Source of the DNA: Lama glama
Taxonomy: Eukaryota
Length of the DNA: 64,000 nt
Assembly (NCBI GenBank): GCA_028534125.1
Contig: CM052850.1
Coordinates: 1,240,001-1,304,000, forward strand
Reading direction: 5' to 3'
A model generated the notes under the pieces. That model worked only from the letters and a program-made list of their open reading frames with translations, had not been told where the DNA came from and did no database searches. Below are positions 50,256 to 64,000 of this stretch, one piece after another (the stretch's first letter is position 1; every line of letters starts with the position of its first letter). A program made the translations under genes and the position numbers.

Positions 50256-51827
50256 ATTACCTTTATAGTTATCATTACTCTTCCCAACAATCCTAAAATG
50301 TAAATGCTACTATTACCCTCATTCTAAAATTAGGAAATTGAAGCTAAGAACACACACTAATTCTAGAAAAGAAAACAAAGTTATTCATAATTTTTAACAA
50401 TACAACATCAGTCTTAAGAGAAACTTCAAACATGCAGGAGGCCTTTGTGGACTTTGTCTCCATACTTCCAAAACCTGTATTCAATCTCCTGTGCTCTAGT
50501 CGTACTTTAGAGGAAAGGCTAGAAGAAAATAACCTCACGATAAAACCCAAGCATGTTAGTACAGCACGTAAGGCCCCACACAGTTCCCCACCATATACCT
50601 TATGACCCAATAAAACTAGATTCCTTTAGTTCCTTGCTATTTTGCCCCTTAGTATCTTCATTCATGCTTTTTCACTGACCAGGAATGCCTGCCCTCTTCT
50701 CTCCTTGCTTGGTTAACCCCTTCTCATATTACTCCGTAACTCCTATAACAGGGACTTGGCTTGGCCAAGCACGTCCAGAGCATCTTAATGCCTGCTTCTA
50801 CTACAGCACTCACAGTACTGTGATGAACTTATCTGTTCAGATTTCCTCCACCAGAGACTACCCTTAGACGACATATGCCAGAACAAAGGTTTTCAACACT
50901 ATTGGACTCAACGCCTTAAAAAAAAAAATGCATTATTTGCAATAACTCTTGTACCTTCCTGAAATAAAATACAAGGTAATATAAGCTACGTACTTAACAC
51001 ATTAAAAATAAATAACTAAATGCCTTATAAGTAACAGGAAAAATAAAAGGAAAGCAATTTTTAATGAAAACTATTGTCTCTTTATATAAATGGTCAGGTA
51101 AGACTACCCTTAAAGACACATGAAGTAATCAATGCCTGCATATACTCATAATTTTAAGAGATTAACAGAATCCCAAAGATAAGAATATGAAAGCAAAAAT
51201 ACGAACAGACACCAGAATTAAAATGTGTGTTAACATAACAACAGACAGACCTACTGGAAATGTAAGAATAAGAGAGAAACAAGGGACACAGGGACAGCAT
51301 GACAAGACAAAGCATAAAGAGCTGATGTGCGGAAACAGGGGTGTCACTATACCCTTTGATGGGTAACAGGGAGCAAAAATCAGACTGGAAAAAGATACAG
51401 CAAACAGTCCTATATATAATGTAAAACACCACATAAATTTAAGTTAGGAAAAAAATAAAGTACAACTTGCCAATTTGGAGTAGGAGGATAGCATGGGACA
51501 TAGACAGGTTAATTAGCTCAGCTAGTAACAATATTTAAGATACTGTCTGATTTAACTAAATAAAAGAATCTATAAATTATTACGGTACATAAAGTATTCT
51601 CTACCTCTGGTCTAGGTGGTCTCTGAAATTACAAATAAAAGATATGCAAAAATCAAATCTGATTTTCCCACCCAAGAACCATTATTCAGCCCATACTTTC
51701 AGACACCAGTTTTACCTAGTCACATTCCTTTCTTCTTTCTTATTTTTCTATCTGATGAAAGTAAGGGGTGCTGTATTATAATCAAATAATCTAACAAATT
51801 AAACTTGATACAGATCATAGAGGGCCT

Positions 51828-52160
51828 ATGGAAGATTGCCGTGTTAATGGCCTCAATGAATCACATACCTCCAGGCATCTGCACCATTGTGGACCCTCTT
51901 CACACAGTGACCCTGGGTTTGGCCATGTGACTTACTTTGGCCAATTAAACCTCAGGAAGTGTGACAAAAACAGAGGCTTGATAAACACTTGTCCACTTGG
52001 GCTTGCCCTTTTGTAGGCATCAGGATGTTACAAAGCCAGCGCGATAAGTCCCTTGGAAAGAGGGAACTCAGTTTTCCCACCTACCCCAGTTGAGGGTCTA
52101 GATGTTTGAATAAGGCCATCTTGGACTACTCAGGTCAGGCTGAGCCGCCAGATGACTAAG
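51828..52160. mobile_element. MLT1-type MaLR LTR fragment
   Basis: ctgggtttggccatgtgacttactttggccaat motif typical of MLT1 LTRs. Confidence 0.6.
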
Positions 52161-52169
52161 TTATTTAAC

Positions 52170-53000
52170 TTGACTTAGATGGTCTAAAAGATGGGACACC
52201 TTTGGAGATTTTGAGCAAAAGGTGCTAGATTTTAACAGGTTCCACCTGGCCACTATGTTGAGCCCTGACCAGCTTGGACAGAAGACAGCAGTAGAGATGG
52301 TAAGATGTGATCAGACTCTGACCAACAGCATTTGTTGAGTGAAATATAAAAAAAAAAGAGAGAGAGAGAGGAATCAAAAATAATTCACGGTTTTCAGCCT
52401 AAGCGAATGGAACAGTGGACTTGTCATCTACTAGCAAGAGAAAGATAATATAAGCAGGTGTAGGAGAGGAGTTCACTGTGGACAACAGTGCTCGGCACAC
52501 GGTGTTACATAGCCACTTACTGTTATTTTTTATAACGATGATAACTTTGAAATTTTATACATCCACATGAATGTATACTGGCAGTTAAAGAATCTGAGGT
52601 TTAAAGAAAAAGTCTGGACTACAGATATTCATTTGGGAGTCATCAGCACATAGACGTTAGAGATGTAAACAGAGTTAATGGCCAGAGAGGAGGGAGGAAA
52701 ACATGTTGAACGTGGTGCCCTGGAATCCAAATGAAGAAAAAGCTTCAAAAAAGAGGGGAGAACCAATACATGCTGCTGATACATCAAGTAAAATGAGGCC
52801 TGAGAAGTGAGTACTGGATTTAGTAACATGGAAGTCACTGAGGACCTTTTTAAGAAGAATCTGGGCAGAGAAGCGGTGGTATCAGTCCATGAGATGAATT
52901 CAACAGAAAATGACAGGAAAGAAACTGAGACCAAAGCTGAGCTTAGACACCTTCATCTGGGAAGGAGAGGCAGTAGAGAGAAGTGTGAGAGTCAAAGAGT
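52170..53000 (+). mobile_element. L2 fragments (approximate bounds)
   Basis: atttgggagtcatcagcacatag; ctggatttagtaacatggaagtcactg. Confidence 0.6.
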
Positions 53001-54264
53001 TTTTAAGAAAGAGTACATAATATTTTTTGGAATGGAATAAATAACAACATGGAAAAGATTCAATGGAGGGAAAACAGGATGAAAACAGTCTCATGAATGC
53101 CACAGGGGCTTGTTTCAATATTGCACATGTTTAAAAGGTAAAAAGGTGCTTGAATGAAAGAATAAAATTTAAAGTGCATATATAAAGAAAGAGAAGTAAT
53201 AGTTATCGGGGGGCCTAGTAAATGACAAATGGATTACGTAAGCCATTTCTGATTTAATTTTCATACCAACCGAAGCTAACTACTATTTTTCCAATTTTAC
53301 AAAAAAAAAAAAAAAGGCTCAGAGATTTTAGGAAACTTGCCCAAGTTCACAAATATAGTAAGTGCTAGGACTGGCATTCAAAGCCAGGTGTATCAGAATG
53401 CCATGGTTTAAACTCCGTTTATTTATTATTCCATGATGCAATACAGACCTCAATTTTCAACAATCCACATATTCAAAGCTAAATTGTGAATATTTTATTG
53501 CTTATGATTTTATTCAGAATTTGCCTTTTGAATAGTGTAAGGCCCACCCACATCCCCTTTCACCTAAACCTGAAAAACCCTACTCCAGGAACTCTTCCTG
53601 ATTTTAGCATCTCACATAGATTCTGTCCTGGGGTCTCATAAGCTGTTCTTCCCACCCTCTCTTTCTCCTTAACACAACACAAAACAAAAATCCTAACTTC
53701 TAAAAAATTGTGTTAATAAGACATTTACCAGATGACACAGGTCTACTGTATCATTTTCTTGCACAAACTATACAGGAGAAACAAACACACACAGACTTCA
53801 GTAGCAACAGCAGAACATTCCTTGGAGTGACTCTAAGTCATCCCTTCAAATAATTTGTACCAGGGCTTAGGGCCAAAGTTATTCATTGAAAGAGTTCTTG
53901 AATATATGATTTAAAAAAAAAAGGTAGGTGGTATCATGTGGACAGACCGTCACACTATACCACTTCCTTAGATAGCATCAGTAATAAAGATCAAACAAAT
54001 TTTACTATACTCTCCCATAATGCTCCTCAAAGCAAAAATACAGCCTAGCCTCAATGTGATTCCAACATCACTCAGTTTTTAAGTTCTTTGTTACTATAAA
54101 TAAGGGGGAAAACCCTCTTTAGTTGCTAAATGTGAAGTAAATAACATATACAATTCTATACCATATTAACAAAATCAAATTGCTAGTTCTCTTAGGCAAG
54201 AGACTCCCCCCCACAATTAAGAGTTTATACCAAATCTGGCTCATATTAATTGCACAAAAAAATT

Positions 54265-57200
54265 CCCTGAAGAAACAATGCTGGAATATTTTCCAAATTT
54301 GATGAAAGTTATAAGCCCAGAGATCTAAGAAACACAATAAACTCTGAGCATTGAACACAAAGGAAAGCTTTCAAAGGCATTATAACCAAATGGTTGAAAA
54401 GCAATGATAAACAGAAAATCTTCAGAGCAGGCAGAGAAAAAAATAAAGAAAGAATAATGGCAAAATTCTTACCAGAAAAAAATGCAAGCCAGAAGATAAC
54501 AGAATAGTATCTTTAAAGTACTGAAAGGAAAAAAAAAAACTGTCAATTTATAGTTTTATTTCCAGCAAAAATATCCTTTAAAACTGGAGCTGAAATAAAG
54601 ACATTTTCAGAAACACAAAAGCTGAGAAAATTTGATGCCAACAGATCAATGCCATGAGGAATATTAAAAAGGAAGTTCTTGAGGCTGGAAGAAAAGGGTA
54701 CCAGTTGGAAACCTGGAACTACACAAAGAGATGAGAAGTGTCAGAAATGATAAATAAGTGGGTAAACATAAAATAACTTTTTTCTCCTTGTTTTGAAACT
54801 TACTTAAAATTTAACTGACTTTTAAGTAGAAATAGTAACATTGCAGTCTGGGGTTTAAAACAAATGTAGAAGTTTGACAATAACAGTACAAACAGAAGGA
54901 GAAGAAAATGGAAGTATTCCACTGTAAGATTTTATATTATATGTAAGATGGTAGCTAGAGTAATCCCCTCCCCCGAAAAGGGACATGGTTAATATACCAG
55001 CAGAAGAGATAAAACAAAAATAGAAACAGAGAAAAAAATAAATAAATCTACAATGATTTGAAGACTTCAAAACTCCTTTCATTGCTAGAACAAGTGGGCA
55101 GAAAACTAGTAAAGTTAGACTAACACTATCAGCCAAACGGAGCTAACTGGCATTTATAGATTTTACCCAAGAGAAGAATACACGTTCTTTCAAGTGCACG
55201 TGGAACATTCAGCAGGACAGACCATATGCTGAACCACAAAATAAGCCTCTAGGAATTAAAAAAACCTAAAATCACAGAACTATAAATCAATACAGAAAGA
55301 ATTGGAAAATTCCTCAAATACTCAGAAATGAAATAATACATCTTTTAATAATTAGAAGGTTAAAAAATAAATCACAAAGGCAATTAGAAAACATTTTAAA
55401 TTGAACAAAAATGAAAACAAAGAGTGTTCAGAGAGATTCTACTTTAAACGTTTATATTAAGACAGACCTAAAAGCACTGACCTAAGCATCTATCTTAAGC
55501 TATAAAAAAGAACATACTACGCCAAAAATAGAGGAAAATAAGGAAAAGGAGAACACAAAGACATCGAAAACAAAAGCCAAAAGCTGATTCTTTAAAAAGA
55601 TCAATATAATTCTCCCCAACATGATCTATAACACAATTACAATCAAAATTCTAGCAGACTGTTTGGGTAAAAACTGACAAGCTAGTTTTAAAACTTATCT
55701 ACAAGTGGAAGAACCTAGAACAGCCAAAACAATTTTCAAAAAGAATAAAGTTGGAAAACATACATTACCTGATTTCAGAACTTAACTACAGAGCTTTGAT
55801 AATCAAAACAGTATAGTACTGGTATAAAGACAGATACATAGACCAATGAAACAGAACAGAGTCCAGAAATAGACATATGTATTTACAGCTGACTTGAACA
55901 ATGTGAGGAATTCGGGGCGCTGACCTGACCACCCTCTACGGTCCAAAATCCACATCCACATATGACTTTACAGTCAGCCCTCCGTATCTGCAATTCCTCA
56001 CCTGCGGATTCAACCAACAGCAGATCATGCAGTACTGTAGTATATGCTTATTGGAAGAAAAATCCACACACAAGTGGACTGGGAAGTTCAAACCCATGTT
56101 GCTAGAAGTCAGCTATACATATATATGTGTATATGCACACGATGTGTGTGTTTGTGTGTAGAGCCAACTGGACTTTTTACAAAGGTGCCAAGGCAACTGA
56201 ATGGGGAAAAAATGATATTTTTCAACAAGTGGTTTTATCCAGAACAACTGGATAAAAATGTAAAAACTGGAAAAATTTAACCTAAATAATACATCACTAC
56301 ATATACAAAAATAAATTCAATATGGACCATACACTTAAATCTATAAAATTTCTATCTAGAAGAAAATTTAGGAGAAAAATTGTACTACCTCAGGGTAAAT
56401 AAAGAATTCAATAAAATACAAGATTCAATAAAAGAAAAGAATTGATAAAATGGATTCACTAAAACCTAAACCTTCTGCTCCTCAACAAACATCATTTAAG
56501 AAAATGCAAAGGCAAGCCAGAGTGGGAGATACATATGTACACATATACGCAGAGTTTACATTCAAAATATAGAGAGAACTCAGTAACAAGACAATCCAGT
56601 TTTTAAAATGGACTAATGACTTTAGACACTAGAAAAGAAGATACACAAATGGCCAATAAGCACATGAAAAGATGCCCAACATCTTTAGTCACCTGGGAAG
56701 TGCAAATTGACAATGAGATACCAGTTCATTCCCACTGGAATGGGGAAAATCAAAAGGACTATCAAAACCAAGCACTGCAGGAGAGGATGTGCAATAACTG
56801 GAACCCTCATACACTGCTAGTAGGAGTACATAATGTTACAACTGCTTTGGAAAACAGCTTGGTAATTTCTTGTAAAGTTATACATGCACTTACTGTATGA
56901 TCCAGCAATTCCATTCCTAGGTATTTACCAAGAGACAAAAAACCAAAAAGACTTTTACAGAATGATCCTAGAAGCTTTATTCACAGTAGCAAAAAAGTAG
57001 AAACAACTCAAAGGTTCATAAAAAGGTGAATGGATAAACAAATCTGTGGTATAGTCATATAATGGAATAGTATCCAGCAATAAATAGGAGCAAACCAACT
57101 GACACATGCAACAAAGTGGATTATGCTCAAAAAATATTATGTCAAGCAAAAGAATTTGGATACAAAGGGTATATAGCTTATTATTCCACTTATGAAGGTC

Positions 57201-57450
57201 TGGAAGAAGCAGAAGTAATCTGTAGCAATAAAAATCAGAACAATGATTGCCTGAGACATAAAGGAACAAATAGGGGAAGGTTAGGACTCATTAACAAAGG
57301 GGCTTGAGAGAACTTTTTCAGGATTTGGAAATGTTCTATATCTTAATTAGGGCAGTGGTTACAGGGGTATGTGGTCATCAAAATTCACAGCTGTACACTT
57401 AAAATGAGTGCATTTTATTACATATGATCACCTCAACGTGATTTAAAACA
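54265..57450 (+). mobile_element. Old, internally deleted L1 (ORF1 remnant, ORF2 pieces, 3'UTR)
   Basis: ORF1-like ttccaaatttgatgaaa...atatcctttaaaa; endonuclease-region caagtgcacgtggaacattc; ORF2 end (MANKHMKRCPTSL); L1M-type 3'UTR ending gtacacttaaaatgagtgcattttatt. Confidence 0.85.
55886..56115. mobile_element. Tigger2-like MITE nested in the L1, flanked by TA
   Basis: Ends ta|cagctgacttgaacaa ... ttcaaacccatgttgctagaagtcagcta|ta resemble the Tigger2 TIR cagttgacccttgaacaaca. Confidence 0.7.
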
Positions 57451-58029
57451 GTATATGCCATACGACCATAACCTGATTAAAATGCAGTATCTGTATAAGC
57501 ATAAAATGCATGTTCTACGTTCATAAAAAGACAGGAAAGTATGAACAGTGCTGGCGGCAATTTAATACTACAATTCTTTCGTTGTAACAGCCTAATTTTA
57601 TTCAATGTACATATACCTTTGTAACATTAAAGGGACAGTAAATACATTAGGGCTCTAAGAAGCCAATTTTAAAATACTTTGTAGTCAGAATGCTTTCTGC
57701 ATAGGAAGCTTTCACAGGTCAGACTTAAATAATTTCTACAAAATAAATGTCCTTTTCCATTAGGTCTAAATGTACTTCAGTCCTTCCAGTCTAAGGAAGT
57801 TTCCTTTAATCCTGCTATCCCTCTCAAGCATACATCTTTCTCCTTGCCTCTAAACTTTGCAAAAACAAAATATATAGGGGCTGAGTTCACTTTCTGATCA
57901 CCTAGTCACTTCTAAACTTGCAATTAGGTAACAGATTTTCTCAAGAGTTAACACCGACTTTGCCCAATCTAAGAGCTTTTTCTCAGTCCTCATGCTTCCT
58001 GAACTCTTAGTAGTATTATTCAGCACTAT

Positions 58030-58256
58030 AGTGTATAAGCATTGTTTTTAAACTTAAGCCCACATTAGAATCACTCAGAGCTTTTGGAAAGGACTGCTTG
58101 AGGGGAAGGAAGAAGGGGAGGGGGAGAAAAGAAAATGACTGCTGGACCTCATCCCAGAGCAGGTCCGAGGTGGGGCACCAGAATCTGTACCTCTAGCAAG
58201 ATCCCAGGTGCTGCTGATGCTGTTGGTCTGGGAACCACACTTTAAGAACCACCGCA
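58030..58256. mobile_element. MER5A-like DNA transposon remnant
   Basis: cattagaatcac...caagatcccaggtgctgctgatgctgttggtctgggaaccacactttaagaacc. Confidence 0.7.
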
Positions 58257-58443
58257 ACAGAGCAAGCTTTCGTTAAAATTTTGTGCACACGTAGCTTTTC
58301 CTGGCCCTTCGTTTCTTGCTTCTTTCTGCTTCCACCTATCTAGAGTAACAAAATCATTAAGAACAAAACTTAACTTTTATTATCATCTGGTACCTGTTCC
58401 CTAAGGATCTAACTCTGAGACCCTTATACTTCTCTAATTCCTT

Positions 58444-58583
58444 CCCATAGCTAACATCACACTCGACAGGAAAAAGCTGAAAGCATTTCCTCTAAGCTCA
58501 GGAACAAGACAAGGATGCCCACTCTCATCACTTTTACCAACACAGTAACGGAAGTCCTAGCCACAGCAACCAGACGAGAAATG
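58444..58583 (+). mobile_element. Isolated internal L1 ORF2 (reverse transcriptase) fragment
   Basis: Encodes a [18 protein letters not shown]-like L1 RT motif. Confidence 0.85.
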
Positions 58584-58784
58584 AATGTATCACATGGACT
58601 CTACTGCTGTAGTTTAATTTTCTCTTTTTCTTAGGATTGCAGGATTTTGCTCTTATTTTATTTTTGTTTCACTTATATGTGTATTACACAACATAATTAT
58701 ATAAAACATATACATAAATATTTTCTATGTATAGATGGTCTCAACAAACTTTTCTCATCAACCTTGGCTTCCTAATGTATATGA

Positions 58785-59005
58785 TACACAGTTAAAAGCA
58801 TGAATTCTGGAGCCTGATTCCTGCGTTCAACTCATGGCTCTGCTATTCTGTGTATGACCCTGAACTTAACTATTCTGCCTCTGTTGGCTATTCTATAAAA
58901 GAAAGCCAATGATAAATACCTCAGGGGCTTGCTACGAGGATTCAGAGTTAATGAACAATGTCTGGAATAATGTCTGGCATAAACTAAAATTGTTGGCTTA
59001 TTATT
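58785..59005 (+). mobile_element. MIR SINE fragment
   Basis: gttaaaagcatgaattctggagcc...tgcgttcaac...acctcaggggcttgctacgaggatt. Confidence 0.65.
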
Positions 59006-62000
59006 AATCATGCCAAAAGCACAAACCAGCAGTCTCTCTCTCTATCAATTTATCCAACCTCACTGCTACTCTATGCAAGCCTCAAAGTTGGAACTGAAAA
59101 AACAAAAGGTATGTTAGCATTGCCAGATTATAAGTGACTGGAAGCTAATCCAGGACCCCTGAGGCAGAGGATCTAGAACATAATCATTAAGAAGCCCTTC
59201 AAACAACAAACAGGTCAAAATGATTCCTAAAAACATTTTTATAAAATCATAAAATGACATACTGAAACAATTTAAGATAAAGGGTATTAACTGAAGATTC
59301 TCTTTTAAAGTCTCACGAAGACACATTAAAGGGTATACCTGTGTGATCACAAAATGCAGAAAAACCCAATCCTCACACAAAAGAAAGCAACTAAGCAACT
59401 CCCTGTTAGCATTTAAAATGAGAGAGAATTACTCATGGTGACACATTTTTGAGCACTGCCATCACTTGCAGCTTCACACTAGCTGCCAACAGTAGTGGAG
59501 AGGAAACACTGTCATCTCAGGCATGAAGAGACAGTGGAGGTAAGAAGCACAGGAAAGCAGGGCACTTGGAGGCTGTTTCACCAGCTTGGTACTGTATTGT
59601 ATCATTTTCAAACTCATGGCTGTAATTCCCAGATTCTAAACTGCTCTCTCATTTTCATTTTACCTTACTTGGGAATGTGAAATGAGTAACCCACATGAAG
59701 AAAGAAATTATTTCCACATTTAGGCTTAAGGAAAGCACCTACTTCAACCACTTCTTCTCAGAAGATGAAATACACACATTAGTTACTCAGTCTAGCCCTC
59801 CCCCATTTCTTACCTGGAACCCCCTAATTAATCACCTCCTCTAACTCACTAGTGTGGTCTTTCTCCCTCTGTTTAAAGCACTTATATGACTTGCCACAGC
59901 TTTTGGGATCAAATTCAAACCACGATGAATCTGATAATCCTTCACCTGATCACCTCTATAGCCCATGTCCTGCCACTCCTCCACACACACACACCCTTCA
60001 TACTAACGTGCAGGTCACCATACCTCTCGCAAAACAACTGTGCCTTTTACTGGAAGTGATCCTATAGATAGAATAGTCTTCAAAGGCTCTTGGAATTGTT
60101 TCCCTTAAGACAGTTTACAACATCCATCATGGCATCCTCAGTATCCCAATTCCCTTAAAACTAACATCTAAATAAATTGTACAGTAAGTTCTGTTTCTGG
60201 TTCTCAGAGAAGATTAAAAATAAAATGGACCTTAAGTCAAATGCACTTGTATTCACAGGACTGTCCCTGATCCAGTGATCTATCACAGTCTCAGAACTTG
60301 CTAAATGTAAGTTCAAATAAAGAAAAAAAAACTATAAAGAAATACATTACAGATAATATAGGACAACTGCTTCATAAGAATGTGAGGTTTTTATATACAA
60401 AATAGTATACTCTACAAATAATTAATAACAATAACTCAATTTACTGTTGTTTTTTTTAAACCAGGTACAGGGCACCATGCTATGAACTTTTACTCTGTTA
60501 ACTAATTTATTCTCTGTCAAGTTCTAAGAAACATATTATCTCCATTTTACCATTGAGTAAACTGGAATCAAAAAATAGATTAGGTAACTTACCCAAGACC
60601 ACACACCCAGTATTCAAATCCAGGGCTGTCAGAAAGTTGAGGCCTTGTTCTTGAATCACGGTATCTTTAAGTGCTATACTTGGCCAATGCTTTATTGGGA
60701 GTATCAGTCTAAACTTTCTGATAACATAGCTCCACTACCAGAAGGAAAGTAACACACTGACAAGGTAAATCCCATGAGAGAATAGCTGTCAATGTAAGAA
60801 TTATTCTGAACACAACAAGAAAAAGACAAGTAGAAAAAGTATCAAACTCAAGAGTTAAAAAATAAAACAAAAACAAACAAACAAAACCCAAGGAAAACAT
60901 GAAGACATAAACAAGGCCAGAGCAAAGAATTATAACAGACAATAGGAACTGAGGTACATTCACACATTCACTGAATGAATATTCATCAAACACGCGCAAA
61001 AATTCCACTAGGTGTCAGGCACTGTAGAGGCCTCAGGAATGCAACTGTTAGCAAAAGAGTCCCTGTGCTCAATTAATAAAAAGAGTCTATGGAGTTACAA
61101 ATAGAGAAGACTGGTGATGCGAGCAAGTACCGTTTCAGTGGAAAGGTAGGGGCAGAAACAAGAGAACGATGGTTTGAGGAAGCAGAGTTGGTAGAGACCA
61201 TGTTTTCAAGGTGATAAATGGGGAAGATAAATGACAGAACATTGCTAGGGAAGGACAGGTTAAGGGGAGCTTGCTTAAATGTTTATGACAAAGCTGCAAT
61301 AAAGGAAAAAAGGCTGAATATATTTTTAAAAAAAAGTCGCAATCCAGACCAAACACAAAGAAAACAACCTTTATAAGGAGGATGAGAACTTCTTTCTGAA
61401 AAGAGTGACAAAGGCAAAGACTAGTAGAGGAAGGAACAGGATCAGTCCCACCAAAAGGTTTTTGTTTTTATTTTTGCATAAATACCATCTGCTAAGAGTA
61501 GCAAAACTTCAAGAAAACAGTAAAAGTTTAAATTGACAACTGTAAAGAAGTGGGCAAAACAGGGGCGGGAAAAAGAACAGGCAGTGGAAGACTATGCGTT
61601 TAAACAGCAGTTGGCCAGTTTGTAACTTTTTTTTTCCTAGCAAGGTTATCTATAATACCCAAAGAAGCATGTTGTCAGAATCATTTAGAGTGGACCTTCC
61701 CAGACAAGTGAGCTGGAAGGACAACAGGACAAGGGGACTGAGGATACTGGTAAGACAACAGGTTACAGTGGTGCCTAAAGATGTCTGAAGAGCAAATACA
61801 GGAGGAGGAAGAAAAAAAGCAGGAAGTGACTAGTAACAGCAGTTGGATTAATGCAGATGAGGCTACGGTTAAATGGAATGGCTGAATGTAAGATTTTAGA
61901 GGTAGAAAGAATTCTTAAGAATCACAAGTCTAAGATATAATATGGGCATACATGAAGGTCGATACATTAAAAAGAAAGGCGAAGAGATAAAAGAACAGAA

Positions 62001-62421
62001 AAAAGAGAGCTGCATTTTCAAATGAGCGAGCATCAGTCCTATGCAATGTGACACAGCTTTGGGGACATCAAACTCTACCTCCCTCTGGCAGGTTTGCAAT
62101 AGACATTAGACATTAGCATATTATAAGTTATGAGAAGAAATAAAGAATCCACTTTAACCTAGTATTCTTAAATTCATTTTGCCTTAGAAATATTGAAAAT
62201 CCCAACACACATGAATTTCCCAGAGAATTCGTGTTCAGCGGAACACACAGACTTGTCCACGTGTGACTCATGTAAACACATCAAGGAGTCTGCTTCAAAA
62301 AACAGCAAGAGGCACGAGACCTTCAGTATTGGTGAGAATGTAGGGAAACAGGTGCTTTTTAAGCATTGCTAGGGCCCAAATAAACAGGATAGATTTTCCA
62401 GTACTTCTGGCAGCATCTACC

Positions 62422-62885
62422 ATGTATTATTCCCCTATTGCCGTTGTAACAGATTACCACAAACTTAGTGGCTTAAAACAACACAAATTTTATTTTCTTA
62501 AAGGTCTGAAAGTCAAAAGCCAAAATGGGTCTCAGTAAACTAAAATCAGGGTATCACCATGGCTGTGCTGCTTTCTGGAGGCTGTAGGGAAGAATCCCAG
62601 TTTTTGCCTTTTCCTGGTGCTTGAGATGCCCTGCACTCCTTGGCTGTGAGCCCCCTCCATTCCAACAGAATGTTCTCTCTCTACTTCTGATTCTTCTGCC
62701 TCCCTCATCCACACTTAAAGCATCCCTGTGACTGCCCTGGGCCCACCAAATAATTTATGATAATCTCTTTATTTTAAAGGCAGCAGATTAGCAACCTTAA
62801 TTCCCTCTTGCCATGTAACACAATATATTCATAGGTTCTGGGGTCAGAATGTAGACGTCTTTTGGGAGGCATTCTGACTACCACA
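62422..62885. mobile_element. MLT1 (MaLR) solo LTR
   Basis: tgtatta...gtaacagattaccacaaacttagtggcttaaaacaacacaaatt...ttctggaggctgtagggaagaatcc...ctgactaccaca. Confidence 0.85.
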
Positions 62886-63699
62886 CTTAACAAAATATTT
62901 TTAAATGTGCACACTCTGTCATTCAAATAAGCATACACAAAAATGTGTGTACAATGATGTTCATTATGGCATTTTTTTAGTAATAAAAAGTATTAAAAAC
63001 AACATGAATTTCCATTGTTAGGGAATCAGTTTAGAAAATTACAGTATTCCCCACACAACAGAACAGTAGGCTGGTGTCTCTAACGATGCCGTAGATATAG
63101 AATTATGGACGCTGAGAGGGAAAAGAAGAAGATTACAAAACTACATGATTTAGCCCAACCCCAGTTGTTGGAAGTATATACATGCTTACGTACACACACG
63201 CACGTGACTATGTTAACACATACACTGGAAGGCTATGACGGCAAGGGGGACCGTAAGCTCCTGTGTGCCTGGGGCAGTCCTGCTGTCCCAGCATCAGTTA
63301 GTACCCTCTTTCACTGTCATGTGATCATTCTTAAAGTTTTCTGAGTTTTGTTTTGTTTGTAAACAAATACGTATTAGTTGGCTGGATGCTGAAAGTGGCA
63401 AGAACCAGATCTACATTACACTTGAAGTTTTAAAAAAAACAAAAGTAACTTTTAAGAAATATGCCTTCTAACATATGAATTTGTAACCACTAATTGTGAA
63501 CCATCTACATTACATATATTACACCACTGGGCAGTGTCAATGGCAATCAGATACTAAAAGGGAAATTCTTCATATTTAAGAGCACAGCCCAAGTGTATGC
63601 AGACGACAAAGAGGGAGCCGATCAAGGCCAATGCCAATTCTGCTGCTAGTTAGGTACTCTGAGTCTCCTTTTCCTTCTCCACAAAATGCCAGCCCAGCT

Positions 63700-64000
63700 C
63701 TACAAGGTTCCTATACAGAAACGCTTATGAAGAAATAAACAACCCAATCCAAAAATGGACAGAAGNNNNNNNNNNNNNNNNNNNNNNNNNNNNNNNNNNN
63801 NNNNNNNNNNNNNNNNNNNNNNNNNNNNNNNNNNNNNNNNNNNNNNNNNNNNNNNNNNNNNNNNNNNNNNNNNNNNNNNNNNNNNNNNNNNNNNNNNNNN
63901 NNNNNNNNNNNNNNTCCACAAATGACAAATGCTGGAGAGGCTGTGGAGAAAAGGGAACCCTCCTTCACTGCTGGTGGGAATGCAGTTTGGTGCAGCCACT
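63700..64000 (+). mobile_element. Younger L1, 3' part of ORF2 (runs off the window)
   Basis: aacaacccaatccaaaaatggacagaag...aaatgctggagaggctgtggagaaaagggaaccctccttcactgctggtgggaatg. Confidence 0.9.

Noticed and set aside
40000-64000. SMG7 exon 1, promoter or CpG island
   Set aside because: No MSLQSAQYLR-coding sequence or CpG island seen; it must lie beyond position 64000

Overview
Mammalian genomic DNA, not prokaryotic. It is probably a cetartiodactyl, possibly a camelid; this is inferred from the style of the L1 ends and the absence of recognisable young SINEs. The window holds the last coding exon and 3' end of NCF2 (p67phox) on the + strand (319-~770), tail-to-tail with SMG7 (nonsense-mediated decay factor) on the - strand. 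I mapped SMG7 coding exons 2-22 by hand with consistent AG/GT boundaries and phases; exon 4 is inferred inside an N-run and exon 1 lies beyond the window. Using recalled human lengths for the unseen parts, they sum to a 1137-aa protein. Also present are a 150-nt cassette exon, an alternative 5' splice site in exon 14, an alternative start exon in intron 1, and a decayed copy of the human alternative C-terminal exon. Introns carry old L1, L2, MIR, MER, Tigger and MLT repeats. The most striking unexplained structure is a perfect 27-bp inverted repeat in SMG7 intron 5. It would loop out about 480 nt containing a candidate frameshifting microexon and would bury a cryptic 3' splice site. Several other stop-introducing exon candidates occur in introns 1, 2 and 4, which may point to a splicing-level autoregulatory layer of an NMD factor. 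The eight N-runs look like length-exact masks rather than scaffold gaps. All comparisons with human are from memory, not from a search.
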